A stretch of DNA of 64,000 bases from Tubiluchus corallicola (Eukaryota; Animalia; Priapulida): assembly GCA_030141605.1 (NCBI GenBank), contig JAQGDQ010002370.1, positions 275,167 through 339,166 of the forward strand, in the 5' to 3' direction. The notes beneath the pieces were generated by a model. The model had not been told where the DNA came from. It saw only the letters and a program-made list of their open reading frames with translations, and did not search any database. Below, in pieces: positions 39,839 through 52,700 of the stretch. The stretch's first letter is position 1, and every line of letters starts with the position of its first letter. A program made the translations under genes and the position numbers.

Positions 39839-40743
39839 TCAGATGACACTCTCACCAAAATTACTTCCACTTCTAACATTTCTGTTGTAAGACCTGGCCA
39901 AATGTGCACTGGATTTCGCGTAATTAGGTAGTGATTTCGTACCGTAGTGTTGCTTTGACTTATCAATGGTAGCATAAATCTGTCCTCCTGCAGGCTTCGA
40001 ACCGGTGGGCTTGGCACGACTAGAGGGCTTGGAATCTGGAGTGCCTTCATTGAGATCATAGTATTTTAAAAACGGCTGTCCAGATGCCCCGCCTACCTGA
40101 TCTTCTTGTAGCAAAGCCTGTTCATCGTGTACATACTGTCCTGTTAACATGGGTGCGCCACTCGAAGGTTTCCACCCCTGAAACGAATCAACGCTATTCT
40201 GCTTCCACAAATCCGGCTTACAATTCTTCAGATTGCGCGCAATAAAATACGTATCCCCCACAGAAGACGACGAGTCGTAGTCGAGATAGCGTTCGGCGCA
40301 TGCATAACCGTTATTGCGGTCGCCATTTGTGTACACGCTGGCCTCTGTTTGTTCAGCCATGTTTGCATCTAATAAATTGTCATTTTGATGGAATGTTCTG
40401 AATCGGCAAGCAGGTGTACTGGCGTCGCCGGGAGTCGTGTAGCTGTTTCTGCACTGCTTACAAGCGTTTGCACTTGCCACAGAGTTCGTATCGCCTGACG
40501 TAGATGATGACCCAATGACTTTCATTTCTCCGTTGGTGGGACTTTGCAGATGTGACATGACAGTATCACTGCGCCGAATGGCACAGTATTCACTGCCCAC
40601 TGCTGTGTAGTTCGAGTCAGATCTTGGCATGTTAGCTGAGCCATTGTCGGCTTGTAGCAAGGAAGCACTCTCTGTGCCTATCTGCTCTGTTACAGCTGTC
40701 TCCGTGTTCCCCTGCACCACTGAGCCATTGATATGGCTGGTTT
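39839..40743 (-). CDS. GPCR coding exon 3 (long Ser/Thr/Gly-rich cytoplasmic tail)
   Basis: A 905-nt open frame, more GC-rich than its flanks, with acceptor tttacctcgttacag in the phase required by exon 2. Ends FGESVI*. Confidence 0.75.
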
Positions 40744-43700
40744 CTGTAACGAGGTAAAGCAAATAGTTAAGCCTTGCGTTTCTCAGTGAAAGTTCATCAT
40801 ATTAAAATCTTTGTACTGCGATAGATTTTTCAATCGGCGGTACCACAAATAAAGTTTTAAAAATTAAACATAGTTAATGATCAAAAGCCAGAAAGATCAA
40901 CAAGGACAAAATGTCCTCAAGAGCTGGTTAAATTTTGTTCGTTTGCCTCATCTTTTACTCGCTATAGATTTTTTAAAAACGTATAAACAAATGTCTGTAA
41001 ATAATGGTAGCTTAAAAGGCCAGTGGATAAAAAGGAAATGTTAACCTAATACTTCGCCATAACCAAAATTAGTGTTGACAAGACGTGTAATTAGAAAATC
41101 AAAAGCTAAATATAAAGTCAAAAACGCCGAATATTTGTTTACTTTAAAATTTATTTATTTTATCAGGTAGCGCAGAAAAAACGTGCTGAAGTTTCGACAA
41201 CAATAATATTAGAAGCAAGTCCCCTAACAAAGTTGAAATTTCAAAGCTTAATATTACAATACATTACCTTTTCGCTGCGAAAGTTACTAGTTTTAGTTTA
41301 TAGTTTTAGTAATTTTTAAGTTATAGATGAAAAGCCTTTGTTAAAAATTTAAATTCTCGAACAATGTCAACTAATAATCAACGGGAAAACAGCCATGTTG
41401 AAATATAAATACAACGTGCCAGCAACGTGCTAATATATTCTTGCAAAACAATAAAGAAATCAAGAGCCTCAAAGAGAGATTTGATGCAGAGGAACTAGAA
41501 GCAAAAATGCTGAGCATTATGCTCCATACAGAAGTGAGAAACTATATCAGCTGCTGGAAGAAACATCTTTGACTAGTTTGCATTGAAAACGATTGACATG
41601 AGACGCAGTTGCTTGTAAGTATTAACACTAGTTACAAAACGTGAATTTGCTCAAAACCACAAACCTCTTGATTCTCTTAGCTGATTATCTGTTTCTCTCA
41701 GGCCGCCGCAGCAAAGTGCAGTGACGGTCTTCCTGTACCCATCCCGGTACGATTGAGCTAGGAAGCCATAGAGGAACGGATTGAACAGGCCAGGAAGTGA
41801 CGTGCTGAGCATTATATACATCACAGTTGAGATCTTTAACTGGTAGCCTAGTTTCGTCAATGTTATCACAACCTGAAACAAATATCCCTACACTAAGAAT
41901 ATTAACACAGAGATAATAAGTTCATTAATAAAAGTACTTAAACAATAAAGAAAATAAAAGATATACAACGACTAAATGCACCACTATGGATTATCTTCAG
42001 GTGTAAAGGAAGCGCAGTCGATCACAAAACATTATTATTTTGGATTTTCACATTCACTAAAGATCTAAGAACCTTACGCGAAGAACCACAGTCACCGAAG
42101 AAGGGATACAGTAAGCAAATGCAACAAAAGAAACAAAACAAACAGTAACGCATTGTAGCAACAGATGTCCCAATAGCACCGGGGTGTAAAACAAAATATA
42201 TAAAGTAGAATTCTGTTGTTATTACTAGTGTTTTTTGCGTTTTTCGGACTTCTCTGGTTTTTGATTACTGAGCACAATGTAAACACACTGTGCTTCTTCT
42301 GTGAGTGCATCTCTTCACATGTGGTTTTTCTATGGTTTTTGGTGAATGTGTTTATATTATAAATAAAAAAAATTGTGTTTAGTGATCGTTTGTGTCTTTT
42401 CATTTTCACATAAAGATAATATATAGTGGCGGGCTGAAATGTCGTGCATCTTTTGTTTTCCTTATTATGTGACTTTTTTATTATTTAGAATACTAATCTG
42501 TTTTCTACTCATTAAAGTCGGGTTTAAGGTTAATACATACAACACGATTGAGCAAGCTGTTCTGCTATTATGCTCTTTTGACTGAATATAAATAACAAAC
42601 AGAGATTATTATTATTATTACCCTTATTACCATGCCTATACAACAGGCAGTATAGCAGCAGGGAAACAGCGCTGTCGAACCCTCATATGTATTGTTCCAG
42701 TAAACTACAGCGCCTGGCACAAGACTCATAATATTAAAAAAGCACTTCTTGTATCAAGATGATATGATAACTAAATTTGTTCTTGTCATTATTTTCCGAA
42801 TGGCGATCCTGTCATTTTTCGAAAACCGTGATGTGCAGTTAAAAAGCGAACTTGTATTTATTAACTATTTGTAGCAGGTAAAATTTTTACCTGACGGGCT
42901 ACCTGATCGTGTTTGTATGTATATGTAGGTAAACTATTTGCTTTACTTTTGCACACTATTATTACTGCCACGTCAGAACATTATTTTTAAGTCATTTTTC
43001 TAAATATTATACGCTCTTCCCAGAACGATGTATAAATGAATCAAACTCCCAGAGAAACGTGACATTTTGCACTGTATTTTTACCTTGTTATTTAATTAAC
43101 CTCTTATTAATCATAATTTCGAGCACATCCACTAGTTTTAATTCAACAACACACAATTGCCACGTATCATGATGGCTGTTAATTTTGTCAATGGGGCAGC
43201 AAATTAGCATTCATTGAGTTTTTTAGTTTGTTTCTCCAATAGGAATCTGTTTATTTTCCAAAATCATAATTTAATAATTAAGCTAAAGATAATTTAAATG
43301 GAAAGAAAAGAGAATTTTAAAGTATATCCCAAAGAACTTTCCATACAAACTTAAATCACCTAGCATTACGCTTACTTGTTTGAAAGACTTCTGTAGTTGA
43401 AAGAGAAAATTCTTAATAATTTAAAGTATTCGCTCCACCTTGTAAAACGGCACTACATCTTACTGACAATACATATAAAGTAATCACATTTTGCTCAGTT
43501 AGTCAAAAGTTTTCTACAAATGCTTTGATTATTTTTTCAAGCTTTACACCTTGTTATCTGAACTTGCTTCAAACGATTTGCCGTTAAAATGGCTGAGCAT
43601 GACGTTCACCGCGGGAGTTTAAATTTACAAGTTTTATACAGCGTTACTGCAAGCCCTGTATGCAATAACATAACACGTAAGTGATTAAAATTTCAAGACG

Positions 43701-46700
43701 ATTTTCAATCTTTATTTATGAAGCGTGTTTTCTTGTGCTTTAACGCAAGTTTAACTGATGAAGTTAAATCGACGCCGAGTTATTTTTTGCTATATAATTA
43801 AAACAGCTTAATTAGAATCGAACGATTCTACAGGCATTGGTCAGAGAACAGGAACTGAACTTTATCAAAACGTTGCAGATGCTGTGTTTGAATAAAGCCC
43901 AGGTCTTTGCTTAAGTGGGTGCTGTCCGTCATTTTTATTTGTTTGTTTGTTTTTTTCATTCAAGGCATATTTTCTAGTATGTAAAATAGTTTTTATTCGG
44001 GTTTGATAGATATCTTTAAAAAAAAATTTCATATAGTTCAGCACATTCTAAGTTAGGTTACATAGTGGCATGACCGTCTGCAAAAGTTGCGTTATGCTTA
44101 TAGTTCTTTCTCTTTGGATAACTGTCTAGGAACTGCAAGTCAAAATCCAACATTCAGCGGCAGGTCCTACTCAGAATTAAATTGTTGTGGCGAGACCGAG
44201 GCCAGACTCATTATCAAGGCTGTGCCTCTAAAATGACCTCAACCGTTCGGATGTGTATGCATCTCCCATTTTCGAGATGAACAGTCCAAATCATCACTGT
44301 GAGTGAATATCCCCAGGGGGATGACCCGACTCGGCGCTATCTTAACTTAGGTGGCCAAACGCCGCCGTTTCTACTGGAACTTGTTTCAGTCAAAATAAAG
44401 ACATCTTGATGATATTTTTATTCATATGTCGCCTTCCAATATTCTAACCGATTCCATATTCGATTTTTTCGAACTTCTGGAACCCATTTGGCGGCGAATA
44501 TATTTAACATTTTCCTCTGAGGGTTGATCAATATTCTGCAGTCTGAGAGCTGTAAGAAACATCTATTTAGACGGACGCAACCGCAAAATTAAGTATTTTC
44601 CGCTCTTTTACGTTCTTTCATATTTCTCTCGTCGCGTTGAAAATTCTTAGCTGAATTGATCTTTTCTGAATTTTGCAAGGGGAAATTATACGACAGCTTT
44701 TAGAGCATTAAAATGTCTACATGTTGGAGCAGCTTGCTTAGACATAGTTATTACCATACTTCACGATCATAAAATTTCACTAAACTTGCATAATATGTCA
44801 CTGAATAACTAGGAATCAAAACCACGCAAGGATGAAAGATATTCGACACACGCATTCTCCCAGGCAGGCGCGAATATTGTAGATGCCAGGTAATGAAATG
44901 TATGAGGTTTATTAGCACTTATATTACAGACCGCTGATTATAGTGAGTATACATTAATAAAAGTAATGACAATTTAAAAACAATAAAACATAAAAAGACA
45001 AATAAAACATTTTAATTCTATTTGTTGGTTTGAATAAGATTATTACCATTTAACAGACGTTTAAAATATAGAATGGCAGAATAGAAGTTGCAGTTATCTT
45101 CTGCTTTTAGAATTTCTTAATTAAGTAAAATTGACCTGATTTGAGTTGATAGGTAACAAATGAAAATGTACTTCAGACTGAAATATTTTACTTGGAAAAT
45201 TCTAATTCTTGTTCCTCTGTTCTTCTATCAGTTAATGTTCTTAGTTATAAAGTATGCATTGCACTGTCGAAATCAAGAAACCATTAATTTTCAGAGATCT
45301 AAAAATTTTCATATTCATTTAAATAAATGAAATGATTAAGAAATGATTGCATTGCTTAATTTAATAAGCAGGTGTATTTATATTATTATTCTGCGTAGTC
45401 AGACAATACAAAGCAAAACTGAGAACTTTCAACAAGCGACACTAATAAAGACAACTTTTCTGCGATCCGGATATAACATCTACCAATTGAAGCACTGCTT
45501 ACGGTTTGATACTACGCCAGAAAATTTGAGATCAAGTCTGTATGAGAGTATGAGTACAAGCTGATTATAGTAAAAGTGAGAAAACTACTCCATGTTGCGA
45601 TACAACAAGTAAAAACAATACACCTAGGAACGCTTCGAAGTGAAATATTACAATTAAATAAAACGTGCGGTACGCTGAAGGAAGCGCGCAAACCTTGGAC
45701 TCGAGGGATATATGAAAACCGGCAACGCTGCTGTGTCAAATGTGATTTGCTGTTCACAAATAATTGCATCGTAAATTATGGTTGTCATGTAAATCTCGAA
45801 AATTAAATTATGCAGTATACCCCTGCATGTATGGAGCATGGACACGAAGGAACAAGACTGTTCGGTATTGTGTAGAGTTTAAACATGGAGAAAGACTTTA
45901 ACATTAATAAGACTTAAAGGACAAGAAAAGGGGTACCTCAAGTAAGTTTCCGAAAAATTGCCTTAAAAAAATTATGTTAGTTTGTAGCAATTTTATGCTA
46001 TATATCGTACTCGCACTGAAAGGATTTTTTTGTTTTCATTTTAAATCTCCCGCAATACTGTTCCGACGGCATATACGCACTACGTAAATCAGGGGAAGAA
46101 AAATAAATGTTAAATTATGTCCCGAAGAACTTTCCAGGCAAATCTATATTACTTATTATTTCGCTTACCTGCTTGAAAGACTTATGTAACTAGAAAAGAA
46201 AATTTTTAATAATTTAAAATGTTTTCAGCAATTGTTTTTTTGCTGACTGTCTAGCGGTTTTGCGGAAATCATAATAATAATGTAATGATGTGTTATTGTA
46301 ACTGGTTTTGGTAAACCAACCAGATGCGAAACTGTAAGCTAAAATTTTTGTCAAACTAGTATAGAACGCGAAGTATTGGGTTACTCGCTTACTAAGTTTT
46401 TCGTAACTTATCAACTGTCTATATACATCGCTTAGAGCATCTTTTAGCGTTGCCATATAATCCATTTCGTAAATATGTAATTTAGAACGCTGCTTGACAT
46501 TGCTATAGATCCGTTTTACCGCAAAAATTTAGAATATGAGTAGCTCTACTGTTAGGTTACAATATAAAAACCTATTAATCAAACAGCAACGAAATTAGCT
46601 TGTTCAGAATATTAAAACTTTGCTGCAGAATAAACAACTGCTGGGAACGCATTGATGGGTTCTGAATACAATCGTTATAGTGCTATACGAATCATGACAT

Positions 46701-49700
46701 CTTTCGAGAAAAAGTTTGAGGTAAACGAGCAAGTATTGAATACACTAATTAGCTGTGATGTTTGCTTAACTATGTGCACAATAGTTAGTCTATAACTGGT
46801 GTTCCTCTGTTCCTCGAATGAAGTTTAATCAGCGCCGGTGATTGATGCTTTGCATTTTTGTCAAATCTCAAGGCGGCCGCAAGATCTATTAATAATGTGG
46901 AAGAAGAGGAATGTAGCTCTTACTACAAGCATAAACTTCTAAACTTTGACACTGAAGAGACAGAAGTTGTTGATTGGATGGTTTACACACCCTCTTTCAA
47001 CTAGGGTCCCTCTACGACCTATTTGCAGTTTCAAATGGTCGGGAATGGATTTTATTTTTAGTCTCTGACGTGAAATGATTTCATGATGTCTAGATTTAGG
47101 ATCACAAAAGCTTGTAAGTATACCTAGGAGTGAAGTCTATTTAGTCACTAAAGACAAAGCAAAATTAACATAATCTTTGGTTTGAAGACCACAAGAACAT
47201 GACAACAGCTATTGCCACTAAATTGGGCATAGGTTCGAAGACGTGTGCGGTTTTTTGGACTGGTACCTACATTTTTCCTAACTACTGTTTAGTATGAGAA
47301 TGGATCAATGCTAATTGTGACAAACACATTGCGGATGGAGCACTAATTAAGTTGTATGGAAAGCTTTACTGAACATAAATGATTAGTTTTACATGTTGTA
47401 ATCGTCAACGAAGTAATCTTCAAAACCTAAGAACAAGGAACAACGTTATAGGATAAGCACGTGGAAAAGTGAACACTGCGTTGCACCTACTACTAAGACT
47501 TGCATTTGTAATTTTTGGCCTGGCAATTAGATCCAATTGGGTTAATCCAAATCGGTGGATTTCTGTGCCTTAGCACGTATATGTTAGCCCATTATATGCG
47601 TGACCTATTATAATAGAAAATCATGAACGACATTCCTGATCATATTTGATTTGGGCAGTCACTATAGAAATGTTCACATCAAGTTTTGCCGCTGATGTCT
47701 TCAATGTCATCTTAAAAGCAATGTAGGCCTCTATTTTGCCACATGTGGAACCAAAATGTTAAAGTAAGCTTAACGGCCATCAAGTAAGCCTAAAAATTCG
47801 GTGAAGAGTGCTTTTAATACAACTATTTTTGACAAAATCAACGAAAAACATGCTGAAACGAGATGCGCAAAATAGCAACAAGTGTTCATGGCAACTATCC
47901 TGTGTACCGTGCCTTAAGATGGCCCTGGACATTTTCTGTTGATGGAGTGTCAGTTTTCAAGTGTCATCTTTGGCACTTGAAGTTCTCTAGCAGAAAATTA
48001 CAGATAAATTTGTAGTGACAGGGACAACTTTTCTATTGTAGCCCGCAGAACGACATGGCACTAATTCTTAGGATTGGGTTGGAATTAACATTCCGTTGAT
48101 TAAGTGTAATTTATGCGGAATATTACTGTTTAGCAGAAAGCCACCAACGATTTCCTAATGGTCATTTCTCGATCAAGACATCTAGAACAAATCGGTCTGA
48201 ACAGGACGTTTTCCCTTGATAAGCACTGAGTCTGGAGATAAGTTTGGAGCGGGCATTTTAATCATCTTTGCAGTTTCATTGAATATAGCAGATAAAATTG
48301 CTGTCATAGGTCAGTTCTTGGTAAAGACAGTCTATGAAGCCATTTAGTGCAATTGTTTGACTTGGATATGGTGTATTCGTTAAATACCGCTTTTTGTTTA
48401 TTGCTTAATCATTATGGCAGCAAGGCCTCAGGTAAATCATCAGTGTAATATTAAGCATAGCTTATTAGATTTCTTTCATATGGAACTACAAAACTAGTTG
48501 AAGCCTTTGCGGCTGATTAAGCGGTTTGAACATTTAGTATGGTTAGCGTTTACCTTACATATAAGGTTGCAACAACTGCATAGAGAGTCAAGGGACAACG
48601 TGTGCGGTACGATTAGAGTTTACCGCGTACAGTTGTCGCAAGTAATCAAGCTTGCTCAAAACCTGTGCGTCAAGCAGAGTGTCAAGCAACCGCAACAATA
48701 TCCTATTATCTGAAATGAAGAAGACCAATAGCGCACATGACTTATTGATTTCAGCAGCTGTGCACGAGAACGATTAACGTCTTCGCGATGTGCCCGGTGT
48801 CCGCAACAAACTGCAATTACTTGATTTGCCCTACCGGCAAGCATAAATTGTTCATTTGCAAACTGTACGAACTATTAACTCAGTATGGCTTCGTCTAGCA
48901 GTTTATGACACCCCTGGTATAACTCTTGGGAATTAGGCTTCTGAAAACAAGCCACGTGCGAAAGAATAAAAAAGTCGAAAGGATGCATTAAAGATTAATG
49001 CTCTTTTGCAGTGCTCATATAACTTGATTATACGACTAGTAGAGTGACAGTAATCGTCCGTATTTGGGGTAGTAACGGCCAAGAACGACTCGTAATTACC
49101 ACATTCTTTCTGAAATTCTGATTCATTAACTGGTTAGGCTATAATGCACAATAAGTTTGCAATGAAGTTCTGATAACCCTATTCAAGTGCTTTAAATTAA
49201 ATTAACAAAGTGCACCGTTGATGCTTAAAAATTTACGATATACAGTATTGTAATAAAATTGCTTGTTACAACTGGTAATGTACTTAGCGCCCGATATTGT
49301 GTAGTCCAGGAAAAAATAACGCATAATCTAATAAAAGTTGACACATAATGTGATAACCCGAAGAGCAGCGTATATTATAAAACCACAAAACAATGTGATA
49401 ACTAACTAAATTAGTGATACCTGGTACCAATAGTGTAGTGTTGAGGGACTACGTGGGAATGGCGTATTTCTTGACTCGGTTTGAAAGTGATGTTGCCTCA
49501 CTAGTTCAAGTTAATTTTAACCGGCACTTCTCATATAGTTTATACATACCATGCGTAGGCCTACAGCGGTATTCTAGTAGAAATGTGTCTGAACACAATA
49601 GTTATTTACATGCCTTTAACTCAGTGTAGCATTATGTTAAAAATTTTAAAAGACTCGTAATTTGGATAAAACTCGTGTATTCGACTATGATATTTTACAT

Positions 49701-52700
49701 TCATATAACCAATAAATAATCGGATCCGTTTCCGCTAGTGCTCACACAGAAACTACTAATTTGAAACTTTATAGCTGCTTATAAAGTATATATTTTAAAA
49801 ATATTTGGAAACCAGCAGGCGTAAAGCACTTATACTGACCCTTTAACTATGTTACTATTTGTTTCCATAGATGTAGACTCCTGTGTTAAATAATGTCTTC
49901 CAAAAGTGTATTAAAAGTACCGAGTATGCGTGTTGGTGTTCGTGCGTGAGTGTTAATTCAGTCATTGGATTAAATACTTGATACGTCAGTGAAAAAGCAG
50001 TCATGAACCAAGGAAAAACAACAACAACATCATACCACAAAGAAGTGGAGCGGTTAGTTGATTAAATGAGCCGTCATTGACTCACTGCGCTGATGGTAAA
50101 TCGTTGAAGAGGGTTGCGATGTCCAGGAACTAATACGCACCTCTTCATATTCCAAAAAAATCAAAAATATTTTAATACATATTATAAGAAAACTGTACCA
50201 AGTAACATTAATTCTACTTGTTATTACATTAGGTTAGAATTTTTGTTATTACGTTATTTTGGGGGTCTAACATTATGCGTTAGTATCGGTTACTTTTATT
50301 ATGCGACCAGTATCGGTTATTTATATTACATTGCGCGTTTATTTTTTATTGCAATATGTGTTAATTTTTTGTGTTAAAATACAAGCGTTTATTGCAATAT
50401 CAGCTATAACACGGTAGAACACAGCCTTGGTTTTTCGTACTATATAAAAAGTATTTTAGAATGCAATCTAAAACACCTGTGCTATCTGCCATACTACCGA
50501 GGACAATTTGTCCTATTAACGACACACATATGCTGTCTTATCTTACAATACTGCCCTTCACAATGGGCTGGATTTCGTCTCGCCACAACCATTTAACATT
50601 AACAGGCAGGTCTACAGTTGAATTGCGGCCGCTCACTGTAAAACACTGACTGAAAAGGGTTTGGCCTTTTTTGACAAGGTAATTTCACTGCAAAGTAAGC
50701 GTTAAAATATGATTACAGCATGACGACTACTTAGCCTTAGAATAGTTTCTCTAAAACTACCGATTTGAAAAAACCGCTTTTATTGAATAGTGTTTGTGGC
50801 GTGAATATCCCCTAATTTTAGCCAGATTTCCAAAGTGTAAGGACGTGCCATCTGGAGAAGAATTTTCCTAACAGCTTTTGCCTGGAAATTGTTCATCCAG
50901 AAATGGCCAAGCTTGACGCATAATATTACATTGTTTATGTATCCATACCCAAAATGCTTAACTGTCCAATTATCTAGATTTTCACTGCCCAAGAGTCCAC
51001 TGTCCAAGTGTCCGTTATAAATTGCTGAAGTGATCACTGTCAAGTGTCTGCCACTAATGTGCTCATTATCAAAGTGTCTTAACTCCTTAGTCTAGTAAGA
51101 CAGGCCGAAGAATAACGGATTGGCGCTATTAATAGTTTTTGAAAGTTATTGTTGTTTGAAGTTTTATAAGTTATTTAATTATTTTGTCATCCCCATGTTC
51201 ACGCAATGGGGAAAAACTCAAAGAATAGAAATGTGGAAACCGCTTTTCGTCAAAGAAGATTTCTTTGACGAATAAACTCGGAATTGTATTCGTGTTTTGC
51301 TTGAGTATTCGTTATTGCACTACACTTGAGTACTGCGTATTGATCGCATGAACGTGCGCGCATTTCAGCAAAAATAATGCTTTCTTGTGTACGATAATGA
51401 ATGCAAAGCAAAGGCAATCTGTCCAATGACATGTACGAATGATATATAGAGCTTCTGTGTTGATATGCAGTTTGACAAACTCAGATAAGCTGCCTAAGAC
51501 TTGAATGTCACGCACAATAGACTTGGCGTTAGACGATCAACATAAATGGACGCCAAATTGTCCCTGAAGATGAAACTGTTTGTTACTAAAGATGAAATTG
51601 TTTTCTTTCGTGCATCTGCAGTTTTTAATCAAAACAAGATTTCCTACGTATTTTGCAGGCTCTTTGTAATTAGGAAGTAATTTCACGTGTGCCTTGGTTT
51701 CAATCTTATAAATGCTGTGTTTGCATGTTAGGAATGGCTCTACTCACATCAAATTTCTCAACCGGTTACGCAAATGAAAATCGCTATGCGTGAAGTTTAA
51801 ATAGCGACTTCGACAATTTTTTTACAATATGAAGATTAAGATTTTAATTGGGAACAAACAAAGTTATGTTTTTTTAATACACTACGTGGAAACTGTGCGC
51901 ATTATTGATATTGGTGGATGAGTAGCATTGGTAAGACATGGAGGTTAGACTGATGAATAGTTGTTGATAGCATGAAGTGTGTAGTTCCAGATTTGTTGTG
52001 ACAGCAATTCGGCCTATAGCTTTTTTCATATTTTCACGCGATATATTAATATTTTACAATTTATGTTTAAATACCCACAAAATCGTTAAATTACCCCTTG
52101 CTTGGACGTGAATTGTTTTCATTTTACATTATAAAATTGCCACAACGGCCACTGAAAACATTGTACAGAACACTTGCACACTTGAATAATAATAAATCTG
52201 AATATTCAATTTGTAGTTTTGTTTACGTCATCCGTGGGACATCTGTACATGTAACAATGCAGAATAATCTGAAATGACATGTACATAGCGGTGTTGCTGC
52301 TATAATGTTCTGAAACATTCTCTAACTGCAATATATAAATTAGACCACTAGAACATTGATAGGCTGGTACATGTGAAGTGTTTTTATGGTATGAATTTTA
52401 AGCTTTTGATTTTCTTGTGCATACTTTTTATAATTGCTCTTATACGGCGTTTATTATTTGTGCACTATTATTTTTACAAATGCCGTTAACGATCTTAGTG
52501 TTCTGCGCAGAAATTAAATTCAACTGTTTTGTTAAAAATAGTTTTATATAATTATTTCAATTACTTTGTTAGTACTGAATTAAAAATATTTTGTTTTTTT
52601 GGCTTCATTCTCCAAAAATATCTATTTTATTTCGTCCCTGTAGTTTAAGACATAACAACATGCAGGAAAAATTTTCAGTATAGTGTCGTTTCTGGGTTAC

